Assembly: GCA_963717525.1 (NCBI GenBank)
Contig: OY970343.1
Coordinates: 1,952,001-2,016,000, forward strand
Length of the DNA: 64,000 nt
DNA from: an uncultured Methanoregulaceae archaeon
GTDB lineage: Archaea > Halobacteriota > Methanomicrobia > Methanomicrobiales > Methanospirillaceae
Reading direction: 5' to 3'
Under the pieces are notes generated by a model, which made no database searches, was not told the origin of the DNA, and saw only the letters and a program-made list of their open reading frames with translations. This document shows, piece after piece, positions 1 through 11,104 of the stretch. The stretch's first letter is position 1; every line of letters starts with the position of its first letter. The position numbers and the translations under genes were made by a program.

Positions 1-31
1 CTTTCACCGCACAGAGACTCTTATAGGTCAT
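1..31 (-). CDS. 5' end of a gene running off the window, probably ArgJ (ornithine acetyltransferase)
   Basis: ATG at 31 reads MTYKSLCAVK; GGAGG-like RBS at about 41-46; co-oriented downstream of argC and the CBS gene. Only 10 codons are visible. Confidence 0.4.
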   Translation of the reverse strand, partial: MTYKSLCAVK

Positions 32-76
32 ATTCGTGATCCCTCCAATGGTTGTCGTGATTGCGTGCCTGTTGTA

Positions 77-553
77 TCAGGCTGAATAGGATGCGCCGAC
101 TGCCTGTACGATATCGGCACGGGTGAGAATTCCGACCAGCCTTTTCCCGTCAAGCACCGGGAGCCGCGCGATGCCCTCCTTGAGCATGAGGGCGGCGGCG
201 GCCTCGATATCCATGTCCCCGGTTGCTGTAACCACCCGGTGGGTCATCACTTTTTTTACCGGCAGGTCCCCGATATTGCGCAGGGCGTTCTTGGTCTTCT
301 CCCAGTTGACATATTCCCGGATCGGTACCTCGATGATCTCAAGGGGGGACGGGAGCCAGAGGTCATCGGAGAGCTTCTGGGTCTCCAGCTGGGCGATGAC
401 ATCGGATTCCGTGATGATTCCCGCTAGGGTATCGCCCTCCAGCACCGGTAATCCCCCGATGTGGTGTTGGCGCAGGATCGCAACCGCATCACGGAGCGGG
501 GTATCGACAGTACAGGTTAACGGATTTTTGGTCATGGCTTCTGAAACGAGCAT
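77..553 (-). CDS. CBS-domain pair protein
   Basis: Two CBS repeats (VSEAMT..GLPV..GIITESD; VMT..RLPV..GILTRAD). Confidence 0.9.
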   Translation of the reverse strand: MLVSEAMTKNPLTCTVDTPLRDAVAILRQHHIGGLPVLEGDTLAGIITESDVIAQLETQKLSDDLWLPSPLEIIEVPIREYVNWEKTKNALRNIGDLPVKKVMTHRVVTATGDMDIEAAAALMLKEGIARLPVLDGKRLVGILTRADIVQAVGASYSA

Positions 554-566
554 GGGGTATCACCTT

Positions 567-1553
567 TCAGGGCAGCATCCCTGCTGCGTCAAGACCGTCA
601 TTCTCCTTGAACCCACACATGATGTTCATGTTCTGGATGGCCTGTCCGCTTGCACCCTTGACGAGGTTGTCGATCGCCGAGACTACTACCACCCTCAGGC
701 CTTCGCTCTCGACCATGATATCGCAGAAGTTGCTGCCCCGGACTGCAGCGAGCATCGGCTTCTGGTAACGGACGAAAAATTCGCCCTTATAGTAATCCCG
801 GTAGAGTTTCTCGACCTCTTTTGTCTCCATGGGCTCCTTTAAGAGAATGTGTGCAGTCGTAAGGATGCCACGGTTGACCGGTACGAGGTGGGGGGTGAAG
901 TAACAGGACGCCGTGGAGCCAAGCGTGGCCAGTTCCTGTTTCATCTCCGCAAGATGGCGGTGGCTGGTCCATTTGTACGGGTTGACATTGTCCCCGACAT
1001 TGGGATAGTGGGTCGTTGCCGAGGGGTTGTCGCCGGCTCCGCTCACCCCCGTCTTCGAGTCAAAGATCACGGTGTGGGCATATTTGGCGAGAGGAGCGGC
1101 GGCTAATGTTGCTCCTGTAGGGAAACATCCGGGATTTGCAACGAATTTTGCGTTGACACAATCCTTCCGGTGCAGCTCGGGAATGCCGTACGGGGCGGGG
1201 AAATAATCCGTGTGGGTGACGCCATACACCTTTTCAAATACGTCTTTTGGAAGGCGATAATCGGCACTCAGGTCAATGACCCTTGTTCCCCGCGAGAGCA
1301 GTTTTCCTGCAATTGTCATCGCCGCTGTATGCGGAACCGCCAGGAAGGCAACGTCCGCATCAATGGCATCGGGCGCCGGGTTCTCGAACCTGAGATCGGA
1401 AAATCCCTTGAGATGGGGATGTACCTCAGAGAGCGGTGTTCCTGCAAGGCTGCGTGATGTGACGCAGGTAACCTCTGCAGAAGAATGGTGGTACAGGAGG
1501 CGGACCAGTTCGCCCCCGGCATACCCGGATGCGCCGACTATCGCAACTTTCAT
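567..1553 (-). CDS. argC: N-acetyl-gamma-glutamyl-phosphate reductase
   Basis: GASGYAG Rossmann motif, ANPGCFPT catalytic motif, [11 protein letters not shown]. Confidence 0.97.
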   Translation of the reverse strand: MKVAIVGASGYAGGELVRLLYHHSSAEVTCVTSRSLAGTPLSEVHPHLKGFSDLRFENPAPDAIDADVAFLAVPHTAAMTIAGKLLSRGTRVIDLSADYRLPKDVFEKVYGVTHTDYFPAPYGIPELHRKDCVNAKFVANPGCFPTGATLAAAPLAKYAHTVIFDSKTGVSGAGDNPSATTHYPNVGDNVNPYKWTSHRHLAEMKQELATLGSTASCYFTPHLVPVNRGILTTAHILLKEPMETKEVEKLYRDYYKGEFFVRYQKPMLAAVRGSNFCDIMVESEGLRVVVVSAIDNLVKGASGQAIQNMNIMCGFKENDGLDAAGMLP

Positions 1554-1660
1554 ATATGGATCTTTTTATTCCTGAAAACTTAACCTTTTGCGGGAAAGCC
1601 AGCAAAACGGCGGTTATTTGAAGGCCACAAAAAAGGAGGGCGGTTTTTAGATCTAACAAC

Positions 1661-2572
1661 TCAGCTTTCCAGTTTCCGGGTGTAGATATCAAAGATACGC
1701 TGACCGAGAATCTCGATACGCTGGCGGTCTTCGAGGCCTGCGAGGAGATCGGCAGGGATCGCACCGATACCCTTGCTCGCCCCCAGGTACGCCCCGCAGA
1801 GAAATCCGATCGTGTCGGTGTTCCCGCCGACATGGGCGGCGACGGTCAGGAGATCGGCAGGGCGCTGGTACCTGTTGATCAGGAAAAAGGCAATGGGGAG
1901 CGTCTGGTACAGGGATACGTCGTTGCCGATCTTGAGGATGGCGGTTTCCGTCTCAATGCCCTCTTTTTCCAGCACGATCGCATTATGGATCTTGCCCCCC
2001 AGCACCTCGTCTTCATGCTGGGCCCGGATCAACGCCATCGTGACTGGGTCAGAATTCTCATGGATCGCGTAGTACAGCAGCGTAACGAATATAGAGACCG
2101 CGGCGTGGGCCGCCGGGTGGGTGTGGGTAACCGAGCAGGCCCGAACAGCCCTCTCAATTCCCTCGTGCACATCGGGATAGACAAGGGCAAAGGAGAGTGC
2201 CGCGGGGAGACAGCCGGCGGTTGTTGATTTCACCCCGCAGGAGTGTGCCTGTCCCGCAACCATGTGATCGCAGGCTGCGGAGACCGATCCGTCAGGGAAA
2301 CGAAGCACCTCCCGGGCATAGAGCTCTTTTAAGGCGAGTCCATACCGCTCGTCAGTGTACTTCCCGTCGGCAAGAAGGGTGGCAACGAGGATCATCATCT
2401 GGGTATCATCAGTATACTGGCCGGGGGCCAGACCAGAATTGGGATGCCCCTTGTACGCCTTCCGGAACCCGTACCGCATCTTGGTAAGGCCGGGCATCGT
2501 GCTCTCGTTGGGCATGCCCAGGGCATCACCCACCGCCGCCCCGAGCAAACAGCCCTTTATTCGTTCCAGCAT
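1661..2572 (-). CDS. ADP-ribosylglycohydrolase family protein
   Basis: GAAVGDALG, YTDDTQM and GGNTDT motifs. Confidence 0.9.
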   Translation of the reverse strand: MLERIKGCLLGAAVGDALGMPNESTMPGLTKMRYGFRKAYKGHPNSGLAPGQYTDDTQMMILVATLLADGKYTDERYGLALKELYAREVLRFPDGSVSAACDHMVAGQAHSCGVKSTTAGCLPAALSFALVYPDVHEGIERAVRACSVTHTHPAAHAAVSIFVTLLYYAIHENSDPVTMALIRAQHEDEVLGGKIHNAIVLEKEGIETETAILKIGNDVSLYQTLPIAFFLINRYQRPADLLTVAAHVGGNTDTIGFLCGAYLGASKGIGAIPADLLAGLEDRQRIEILGQRIFDIYTRKLES

Positions 2573-2794
2573 TGATACAGTATTGAAAGAATCCGATAGA
2601 TAATGATTCTTGTATTTTTCTCTTTTTCATGAATTTTCGGGCTCATCATCCGGTGAACAACCGGCCGTACTACAGAACAACATGATTGAATTTATTATCC
2701 GGTGAAACAATTTCCCTGTCGGGGAGGATGCTGTATCGCTAAAATTTATATAGCAATTTAACATGATTAATTATGTAGAATTTTTGGGGGAGCA

Positions 2795-4692
2795 ATGAGC
2801 GACAACTTTGATGTCAGGCTCGTGGAGAACGCGAAGTACTACACGCCGGATGCGGATTACAAGCGTTCATCGTGGATAGGAGATTACCAGAACACCTACC
2901 GGCGGTTCCTTGCCGATCCCGATGCATTCTGGGAGACCATCGCAAAGGAACTCAACTGGATCCGCCCCTGGGACCAGGTGTGCGAATGGAAGTATCCTTA
3001 TGCCCGGTGGTTCGTCAATGCACAGCTCAACATCACCGCAAACTGTCTCGATCGCCATGTTGCCGGTGACCACCGCAACAAGGTGGCCCTGATCTGGAGG
3101 GGGGAAGAGGGCAGGGAGCGGGTATACTCCTACCAGCGGCTGCTGGGGGAAGTCATGAGATTTGCAAACGGCCTCAAGAAGCTGGGCGTGAAAAAGGGTG
3201 ACCGTGTCAGCATCTACATGCCCATGGTTCCCGAGCAACTGATTGCTATGCTTGCCTGCGCCCGCATCGGAGCTGTCCACAGTGTTGTCTTTGCCGGTTT
3301 CGGGACCACTGCTCTGAACCTGCGGATCAAGGAGGCAGAAGCAAAAGTGGTGATCACCTCTGACATCTCGATCCGGCGCGGCAAGGCTATCCCTCTGATC
3401 ACCATTGTCAAGGACGCGATAGTCAACGCACCCTCGGTGGAACATGTCGTTATCTACCGGAGGCGCAAAGAGCCCCCGGTCGAGATCCGCCCGGGGCGGG
3501 AACATGATTTCTACGGGATCATGGAGGACGTACCGGCGGACTGCCCCTGCGAGCCGATGGATGCAGAAGACCCGCTCTTCATCCTCTACACCAGTGGTTC
3601 GACGGGTACCCCCAAAGGAGTTGTCCATACCTGCGGGGGCTACATGGTCGGGGCGTATTATACCACGAAAATCGTTTTTGACCTCAAAGAGCGGGACATC
3701 TACTGGTGCACGGCGGACCCCGGCTGGATCACCGGCCACTCCTATATTGTCTATGGCCCGCTTGCCGTTGGTGCTACGGTGTTTATCTCTGAGATCACTC
3801 CTGATTATCCGGACCCGGCAGCTGGTGGAAGCTCATCCAGGAGCAGCAGATCTCGGTGTTCTATACGGCGCCGACTGCGATCCGGACGTTCATGAAAGTC
3901 GGGGAGGAGTGGCCCAACCGGTACAACCTGAACTCCCTCCGCATCATCGGTTCGGTCGGGGAGCCGCTCAATCCCGAAGCCTTCGAATGGTATTACCGGG
4001 TGATCGGGAAGAGCAGGTGCCCGATCGTGGACACCTGGTGGCAGACGGAGACCGGCATGCAGATGATCACGACGATGGTCGGAGAGCCTATGCGGCCCGG
4101 TTTTGTGGGAAAAGCGGTCCCGGGCGTTGAGGTGGATGTCACCGATCGGACCGGAAAACCGGTGCCCCCGGGGACAGGAGGGTTCCTTGTGATCAAGAAG
4201 CCGTGGCCGGCCATGCTGCGCACGGTATACAAGAATGACGAACGGTACCGGCAATACTGGGAGACCATCAACGGGGTGTATGCGGCTGGCGATCTCGCTG
4301 TCAAGGGGAAAGACGGGTACATCATGGTGATCGGCCGGGCGGATGACATCATCATCGTCTCCGGGCACAACATCGGGACGGCGGAGGTGGAGAGCGCGCT
4401 CGTTTCCCATAATGCGGTGGCAGAAGCCGCGGTTATCGGGAAACCCGATGCGATCAAGGGGAACGCGATCAAGGCCTTTGTCATCCTCAGGGTAGGGAAC
4501 AAGCCAAGCGAGAAACTGACCCAGGACCTGATCTACCATGTGCGCATGACGCTCGGTCCCATCGCCGTCCCGCACGAGATCGAATATGTCGACAAACTGC
4601 CCAAGACCCGCAGCGGCAAGATCATGCGCCGGGTATTGAAAGCAAAAGAGCTTGGGATGGATCCCGGGGATGTCTCGACACTCGAAGACTGA
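2795..4692 (+). CDS. acs: AMP-forming acetyl-CoA synthetase, split by one frameshift at about 3817
   Basis: [44 protein letters not shown]; adding one G in GACCCGG^CAGC joins ORFs 2795-3895 and 3856-4692 ([11 protein letters not shown]). Confidence 0.93.
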
Positions 4693-4764
4693 CGGGGAAG
4701 AATACCGGTAAGAACGATTGAAAACCTGATAGAAGGGAAAAGACCACAACAAGGAAACTCGACC

Positions 4765-5358
4765 ATGCAGAATGAAACACCACAACCGGCAACAAGCGTG
4801 AAAAACCTGGATACTACTGCAAACCCGGCACCCCTCGGCCTGCTCGGGTTTGGGATGACCACCGTGCTCTTAAACCTGCACAATGCAGGTTTCTTTGCTC
4901 TCGGCTCCATGATCCTTGCGATGGGGATCTTCTACGGCGGCCTTGCACAGATCATCGCCGGTATTGAAGAATGGAAAAAAAACAACACGTTCGGGGCAAC
5001 CGCATTCACCTCATACGGGGCGTTCTGGCTGACGCTCGTCGCCCTGCTGGTGCTCCCGAAACTGGGGCTGGCCGATGCACCGGACGCAACCTCAATGGCG
5101 GCTTACCTTGCGATGTGGGGGATCTTCACGCTGGTCATGTTTATCGGGACCATGAAAGCGAACCGCGCCCTCCAGCTGGTGTTTGCAACGCTCGCGATCC
5201 TGTTCTTCCTGCTCGCCATTGGGGAGATCACCGGAAACGGAACTATCACCGTGATCGCCGGATACGTCGGGATCCTCTGCGGGTTCCTCGCGATCTACGC
5301 TGGCCTTGCTCAGGTGCTCAACGAGATGTACAAAAAAACCGTTGCACCGCTCGGGTAA
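4765..5358 (+). CDS. Acetate uptake transporter, SatP/GPR1/FUN34/YaaH family
   Basis: [11 protein letters not shown] and YGAFW signatures; hydrophobic; follows acs. Confidence 0.93.
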   Translation: MQNETPQPATSVKNLDTTANPAPLGLLGFGMTTVLLNLHNAGFFALGSMILAMGIFYGGLAQIIAGIEEWKKNNTFGATAFTSYGAFWLTLVALLVLPKLGLADAPDATSMAAYLAMWGIFTLVMFIGTMKANRALQLVFATLAILFFLLAIGEITGNGTITVIAGYVGILCGFLAIYAGLAQVLNEMYKKTVAPLG

Positions 5359-5435
5359 AATCCGCCGTTGCGGGACGCCCAGTCCCTTTTTCTTTTTTAT
5401 ACCCCACTCATGAGTATGGGGAGTTCTCCTGCATG

Positions 5436-6533
5436 TTACTGAGACCGGGAGATCTTCTTCCGCTGGGCGATCCGGTAACCGGAGATTACCTGGATTGATT
5501 CCCCGAACTCCCGGTCGAGTGCCGGGTCCCCGGAATCTACATACAGCGAGGGCGTCTCGCGCAGCTTGTGCGGGGTGGCGACCACAATCAGGTTCTGCAA
5601 TCCCACATTCTTGACCACCGCCGCGCTGATCTGCTGGTTCCCCCGGCCGAGGATAAAACCCTGCGCGCCGATGGGGCTGACGATGATCCTTGTTTCAGGA
5701 TACCTGCCGGCCAGATCGAGAAGGGTTTTTTCGTCCGCATCCGAAGCCACGAGGCTCCCGTCCCTGATCGCATCCACTCCGAGGAGGGTTTTTACAACTC
5801 CCAGCTGCCGGGCAATCGCTTCCGTTGTTGTCCCGGCACCGATAATATAGAGCACGCCGGGGAGCATCACTTCCTGCAGGAAACGGGCGATCTCCTCTTT
5901 TGCCCGGTCCTCATCTGCTTCTTCGAAAACCTGTTTTGCGGCCTGCGTCAGATGGGCACGGGCCGGTACACGGGCAATGCCGGACAGGCGCGTCTCAAGC
6001 GCCCCCTTCCGGTACGCTTCCTCGTCCACGTCCATCACCTCCGCATCCTGAACTCCGTAGGGTCCGGAGACAAGTGCTGCTGCGGCTGACGGGTCGAGCG
6101 CAAATACCGCAGAGTACATCTTTACCCCCGCGGGGATCCCGAGAATCGGGACCGATCGCTGTGTGACTGAATAAACATCCCGTGCGGTACCGTCGCCGCC
6201 GCAGAACAGGATCAGGTCAACACCTTCCTGCAGGAATGCTGCAACCGCCTTTTTTGTATCTTCGGCCGTGCTGGTCCCCTGGTACTGGTAAACTACCTGG
6301 AAATGGGGTATCCCGCATTCACGCAGGGCCGTTGCTCCCATATCCCCGGAACAGGTGATGAAAAGAAGGTCGGTAAGAGAGGAGAGGAGATGCAACGTGA
6401 TCGTTGCCCTTTCCTGTGCCCGGGGCAGGGCGCCGCGGCGGCGTGCCTCGTCCGCGTTCCCGTCAGTTCCCTTGAGACCCACGGACCCGCCCATGCCGGC
6501 AACAGGGTTGATAAGAAAACCAATGCGGCGCAT
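5436..6533 (-). CDS. ATP-NAD kinase family protein
   Basis: NPVAGMGG, GGDGTARD, GIPAGVKMYS, GRGNQQ. Confidence 0.85.
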   Translation of the reverse strand: MRRIGFLINPVAGMGGSVGLKGTDGNADEARRRGALPRAQERATITLHLLSSLTDLLFITCSGDMGATALRECGIPHFQVVYQYQGTSTAEDTKKAVAAFLQEGVDLILFCGGDGTARDVYSVTQRSVPILGIPAGVKMYSAVFALDPSAAAALVSGPYGVQDAEVMDVDEEAYRKGALETRLSGIARVPARAHLTQAAKQVFEEADEDRAKEEIARFLQEVMLPGVLYIIGAGTTTEAIARQLGVVKTLLGVDAIRDGSLVASDADEKTLLDLAGRYPETRIIVSPIGAQGFILGRGNQQISAAVVKNVGLQNLIVVATPHKLRETPSLYVDSGDPALDREFGESIQVISGYRIAQRKKISRSQ

Positions 6534-6554
6534 AAAAAGGGAGGGGGAAGGAGT

Positions 6555-7913
6555 TCAGGATATTTTCGGGATCCGTCCGATTGCCTGCCGGATCAACTCG
6601 TCCGGGTACTCGTAGTCCACCAGCTCACCGCTGTAGAAGGCATCGTAGGCAGTCATGTCAAAGTTGCCATGGCCTGAGCAGTTGAAAAGGATGGTCTTGT
6701 CCTCGCCGGTCTTTTTGCAGGCAAGCGCCTCGTCAATCGCAGACTTCACGGCATGGGACGTCTCCGGGGCGACGATGATTCCCTCGGTACGGGCAAAGGT
6801 CTGGGCTGCCTCGAACACCTCGCTCTGGTGATAGGCTACCGCCCGCATCACGCCGTCATGGACCAGGCGCGAGACGATCGGCGAATCCCCGTGGTAGCGA
6901 AGTCCGCCAGCGTGCATGGCGGGCGGTACAAAGTCATGGCCGAGGGTGAACATCTTGAGGAGGGGGGTGAGGCCGGCCACGTCGCCGAAGTCGTACGTGT
7001 AGAGGCCTTTGGTGAGCGTTGGGCAGGAGGCGGGCTCGGCGCCGATGATGTCGATGTCCTTGTGCGTTCCCTTCATTTTGTCCCCGGCAAACGGGAACGA
7101 GATGCCGGCAAAGTTGGAGCCGCCACCTACGCACCCGATCACCACGTCCGGGTAGTCGTCGACCATGGCAAGCTGCTCCTTGCATTCGAGCCCGATCACG
7201 GTCTGGTGGAGACAGACGTGGTTCAGGACCGAACCCAGCGCGTAGTTGGTATTGGCATGGGTTGCCGCATCCTCGACTGCTTCGGATATGGCGATACCGA
7301 GTGCCCCCGGCGTTTCAGGGTCCTTTTCCAGGACTGCCCGCCCGGAATTTGTCTTCGTACTGGGGCTGGGGATGCACTCTGCACCCCAGACATGCATCAT
7401 CGATTTCCTGTAAGGTTTCTGGGTGTAGCTGGACCGTACCATGTAGATAGTGCACTCCAGATTGTAGAGCATCGTCGCAAAGGCAAGCGCAGAACCCCAC
7501 TGCCCGGCCCCGGTTTCGGTCGCAATCCGTTCCATCCCGGCCTTCATGTTGTAGTAAGCCTGCGGAATCGAAGTGTTGGTCTTGTGGCTCCCGGCCGGGC
7601 TGACGCCTTCCCACTTGTAGTAGATCTTCGCCGGCGTTTTCAGGAACTTCTCCAGCCGGTGGGCCCGGTACAGGGGGCTCGGCCTCCAGAGCCGCAGCAC
7701 ATCCCTCACCTCTTCCGGGATGTCAACATAACGGTCGGTCGTGACTTCCTGCCGGATCAGTTCCATCGGGAAGATCGCTTTTAAGTCATCCGGGCCGACC
7801 GGCTTGTGGGTGGCGGGATGGAGGGGAGGGTCGAGAGGTGAGGGCAGGTCTGCCTGGACATTATACCATTTCCGGGGGATCTGCTCCTCATCAAGGAGGA
7901 TCTTGGTCTGCAT
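6555..7913 (-). CDS. trpB2: TrpB-like PLP-dependent enzyme (TrpB2)
   Basis: GSHKTN PLP lysine, [27 protein letters not shown]. Confidence 0.93.
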   Translation of the reverse strand: MQTKILLDEEQIPRKWYNVQADLPSPLDPPLHPATHKPVGPDDLKAIFPMELIRQEVTTDRYVDIPEEVRDVLRLWRPSPLYRAHRLEKFLKTPAKIYYKWEGVSPAGSHKTNTSIPQAYYNMKAGMERIATETGAGQWGSALAFATMLYNLECTIYMVRSSYTQKPYRKSMMHVWGAECIPSPSTKTNSGRAVLEKDPETPGALGIAISEAVEDAATHANTNYALGSVLNHVCLHQTVIGLECKEQLAMVDDYPDVVIGCVGGGSNFAGISFPFAGDKMKGTHKDIDIIGAEPASCPTLTKGLYTYDFGDVAGLTPLLKMFTLGHDFVPPAMHAGGLRYHGDSPIVSRLVHDGVMRAVAYHQSEVFEAAQTFARTEGIIVAPETSHAVKSAIDEALACKKTGEDKTILFNCSGHGNFDMTAYDAFYSGELVDYEYPDELIRQAIGRIPKIS

Positions 7914-8107
7914 ACCCGGTTATTTTGTTTTGTACTAATATATACATTGTGGAACACTTTTGTTGTTTGGTGCTTTCAAGTATACGTTTTTGTGAGGGCA
8001 GAGCAACAGGGTCCAAACAGGTTCAGATGACCCGGACGGGAAATCCACCCAGACACGTGTATATCCTGAGAGCGGCCGGCTTTCGCTGCATTGTCTTCCC
8101 ACGCTTA

Positions 8108-8959
8108 TCACTCCCGCTTTTTCCTCCGGTGAGGCCGGGGGAAGGAGAATTCCTCCCCATCGATGAGTCGCTTCCAGTTGAACTGGCTGAAGAGTTTCAT
8201 CTGGAGAATTGCTCCCTTATTCCGGGTATTGAGGACCGAAACCGTGCTGGAGAAAAACGGCGGTATCATGAGGAGTTCCTCGTCATCAACGATGAGTTCG
8301 AGCGTATTTTCGACTCTCATCAGTTTATGGATCTCCTCGAATTCCGGGGGAGCACATGATGGTGGGACACCAAATGTTTCCGCAGGGATCACATGGATAT
8401 CCGCGTTCTTTCCCGGGAACTGCACCCGCAGTTTTTTCTCAAGACCCGGCTCATCGGATATCACGATAAGCAGCAGGGAAATATCCTTTATCTGTATATT
8501 TTCAATGAAAGGAAGGTATCGCTCCCCGATCATGCACCGGATGTGGCTTTTTGCCTTCCCGAAAAGGTCGCGAATCTTATACTCGATGCTCTTATCGCCA
8601 TAGATGGTCCAGAGCGCCTCCTCTTTCTCGGTTTGCACCTTCTCTTTTTCCAGTTTTTCCAGTGCCACCCGTGCCAGATCGGCTGCCTTCTGATGGTTAC
8701 CCATGAGCAGGTCAATGGCCATCTGAGGGGAAACCGCGCTGTACCGCGCCGGTTTTGAGACCCTTTTTACGGCCAGCCCCATTTCCGCCAGATGGTCCAG
8801 TGCCTCGTACACGCTCGGCTTCGAGATGGAGAGAAACTCTACGAGATCTTTTGCGTCTGCGTTGTCGTACAGGACCAGGGCTGCGTACACATTCGCTTCA
8901 TAGGTTGAAAGCCCGAGCTCGTTAAGTGATTTTATGAGAGGAGCCGGAATGCTTTCCAT
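8108..8959 (-). CDS. TrmB family transcriptional regulator
   Basis: LGLSTYEANVYAAL..KPSVYEALDHL..GL winged HTH; C-terminal LIVDDEE. Confidence 0.9.
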   Translation of the reverse strand: MESIPAPLIKSLNELGLSTYEANVYAALVLYDNADAKDLVEFLSISKPSVYEALDHLAEMGLAVKRVSKPARYSAVSPQMAIDLLMGNHQKAADLARVALEKLEKEKVQTEKEEALWTIYGDKSIEYKIRDLFGKAKSHIRCMIGERYLPFIENIQIKDISLLLIVISDEPGLEKKLRVQFPGKNADIHVIPAETFGVPPSCAPPEFEEIHKLMRVENTLELIVDDEELLMIPPFFSSTVSVLNTRNKGAILQMKLFSQFNWKRLIDGEEFSFPRPHRRKKRE

Positions 8960-8979
8960 AGAGCAATAGTGCTCATTGA

Positions 8980-8999
8980 GTTGTTAAAAATTTTACTAC
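8980..8999. promoter_or_regulatory. Putative TrmB operator, copy 1 (GTTGTTAA-N4-TTTACTAC)
   Basis: Imperfect palindrome 20 bp upstream of the trmB-family start; matches copy 2. Confidence 0.6.
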
Positions 9000-9119
9000 T
9001 TTGCCGGATTTTCACCAACCCCCCCTTCTGCATAGGAGATCATGTCAGGGAGGCCGTCTGGTGCAAAGTTTACTTTACCAAATACCTTTTTAGGCCCCGG
9101 GTAAATACTTAGTAAAAAA

Positions 9120-9139
9120 GTAGTAAAAAAATTTACTAC
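9120..9139. promoter_or_regulatory. Putative TrmB operator, copy 2 (GTAGTAAA-N4-TTTACTAC)
   Basis: Perfect 8-bp inverted repeat 17 bp upstream of the ATG at 9157. Confidence 0.65.
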
Positions 9140-9156
9140 AAGATTGAGGAAATGCA

Positions 9157-10419
9157 ATGGTCAGAATGACATATCCCCCGGCATATCCGGATACCTTGGA
9201 TTTTATCGCAGGCCACAGACCGGCTCATTCAGGAAAGAGGAATAAACGTTCTCCCTGCCGCTTTGGTCCCACCTGTGTGGTGCTCCTGTTCCTTATTACA
9301 GCCATAGGATTTCTGGTTCTTCCTGCAAGTGCTGACGCCATAACCGATGCTGTTCAGGTTGCAAACAACGTATACGTATCAAACTATACGATAGATCCGG
9401 CGGTCCTCTTTACCGGGGATACCGCCACGGCAACGTTTTACGTCACCAACGGGAATGCGAACCAGAGCGTCATGGTCAACCATGCGACCTTTGGTGACAA
9501 CGATATCCTTCTCACCAGCGGCACGTATGATACCAATGTCAATATTGGGCCTCTCCAGACCCGGTCGTTCGTTTTCTCCATCGGGACCCAGAGATCTGCG
9601 GGCACCTATTATCCATCCTTCTCTATGAGCTTTGTCGCGGGCAACGGCATGTATTCCCGGACTCCGGTCAAAGTGGACAATACACCCCTTGTTATGACCA
9701 TTGCCAATAAGCCGGATGCATTCACCCAGGGGGTAAAGGAACCAATAAGTGTACAGGTCTCCAACCCCCGGAACAACGACGTAAAAAATGTCATCTTTCA
9801 AGCTACCGGTGATGATGCCACCCTTATGCCTTCTCAGACATACATCGGGTATCTGGCTGCCGGAACCAGTACACTGGTCAATTTTACCGTTACACCGGAC
9901 TCCCCCACTACCCTCTTTCTGAATGTTGATTACGGTAACGGGGATAATGACCATACTATCAACACGACCCTGCCGATCCTGTTTACGACTGACAAGATGC
10001 AGGCTGACCCGGTGATGAGCAATATTGTTATCGCACTCAACAACGGGACATACGATGTCACCGGAGACGTAACCAATGCCGGTCTCTCGAATGCGAATGG
10101 TGTCACGGTCACATCAGGTTCTCCGGCCATGCCGCAGGATCCGCAAAAGAATTATGTTATAGGGACGCTCAAACCTGACGACTTCGGCAGTTTTGAGGTC
10201 ACCTTCACTTCCCCGGACAGCACGACGAGTGTTCCCCTCCAGTTAACCTACAAAGACAATGATGGAAATATCATCACCTCCATCCAGAATATCGATCTGA
10301 CGCAGGCTAAAACCCAGACGGGCTCACAGCCGAGCATGGTCCCGTCATTAGTCATCGTCATTATCATTGTGCTTGGTGCAGGCGGGTATCTCTACACGAA
10401 GAAGCGGAAAAACCAGTAA
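9157..10419 (+). CDS. Membrane-anchored surface protein, COG1361 S-layer-like
   Basis: Signal-like hydrophobic segment, beta-rich Ig-like repeats (IGTLKPDDFGSFEVTF), C-terminal TM helix plus basic tail; precedes an ABC pair. Confidence 0.8.
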   Translation: MVRMTYPPAYPDTLDFIAGHRPAHSGKRNKRSPCRFGPTCVVLLFLITAIGFLVLPASADAITDAVQVANNVYVSNYTIDPAVLFTGDTATATFYVTNGNANQSVMVNHATFGDNDILLTSGTYDTNVNIGPLQTRSFVFSIGTQRSAGTYYPSFSMSFVAGNGMYSRTPVKVDNTPLVMTIANKPDAFTQGVKEPISVQVSNPRNNDVKNVIFQATGDDATLMPSQTYIGYLAAGTSTLVNFTVTPDSPTTLFLNVDYGNGDNDHTINTTLPILFTTDKMQADPVMSNIVIALNNGTYDVTGDVTNAGLSNANGVTVTSGSPAMPQDPQKNYVIGTLKPDDFGSFEVTFTSPDSTTSVPLQLTYKDNDGNIITSIQNIDLTQAKTQTGSQPSMVPSLVIVIIIVLGAGGYLYTKKRKNQ

Positions 10420-10432
10420 AGGATGGGGCCTC

Positions 10433-11104
10433 ATGCTGCCGGTCATCCAGTTTTCCGATGTGAGTAAAATCTATCCGCTCAAGGCGGGAGATGTGACAGC
10501 CCTTAGTCACATCTCATTTGAAGTGGACCGCGGGGAGTTTATTTCCATCATGGGGCCTTCAGGTTCCGGCAAGTCAACGCTTTTGAACCTTATGGGCTGC
10601 CTTGACACACCGACCACCGGGGATATCTTCATGAGCGGGATCGGCGTGCGTGATATGAGCGATGTCGAACTCACAAACCTGCGACGGGATCGCATAGGGT
10701 TCATCTTCCAGTACTTCAACCTCTTCCCGCTGTTAAACATCATCGAGAATGTCAGTTTCCCCCAGATGCTCAAATCACAGGCAAGCGTTGATTCGAAAAA
10801 AGCCATCGAAGTACTTCGTGCCGTCCAGCTCGAAGAACATCTCTACACCCATACACCGCTCGAGCTCTCGGGAGGCCAGCAGCAGAGGGTTGCTGTTGCA
10901 CGGGCACTCATCAATGATCCCGACATCCTGCTGTGCGATGAACCGACAGGAAATCTCGATTCAAAGACCGGCGCGAGTATCCTGGAACTCATGACGGAGC
11001 TGAACAGGAAAGGCTCGACCATCATCGTGGTGACTCATGACCCCCACGTCGCCAGTTACACGAACCGGACGATCCGGATCGTGGACGGGAGAATTGAAGA
11101 ATGA
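10433..11104 (+). CDS. ABC transporter ATP-binding protein (LolD/MacB type)
   Basis: [26 protein letters not shown]; start taken at ATG 10433. Confidence 0.95.
   Translation: MLPVIQFSDVSKIYPLKAGDVTALSHISFEVDRGEFISIMGPSGSGKSTLLNLMGCLDTPTTGDIFMSGIGVRDMSDVELTNLRRDRIGFIFQYFNLFPLLNIIENVSFPQMLKSQASVDSKKAIEVLRAVQLEEHLYTHTPLELSGGQQQRVAVARALINDPDILLCDEPTGNLDSKTGASILELMTELNRKGSTIIVVTHDPHVASYTNRTIRIVDGRIEE

Noticed and set aside
1661..2572. ADP-ribosylglycohydrolase as part of a toxin-antitoxin or DraT/DraG system
   Set aside because: No ADP-ribosyltransferase or nif gene is adjacent; it sits in a housekeeping context
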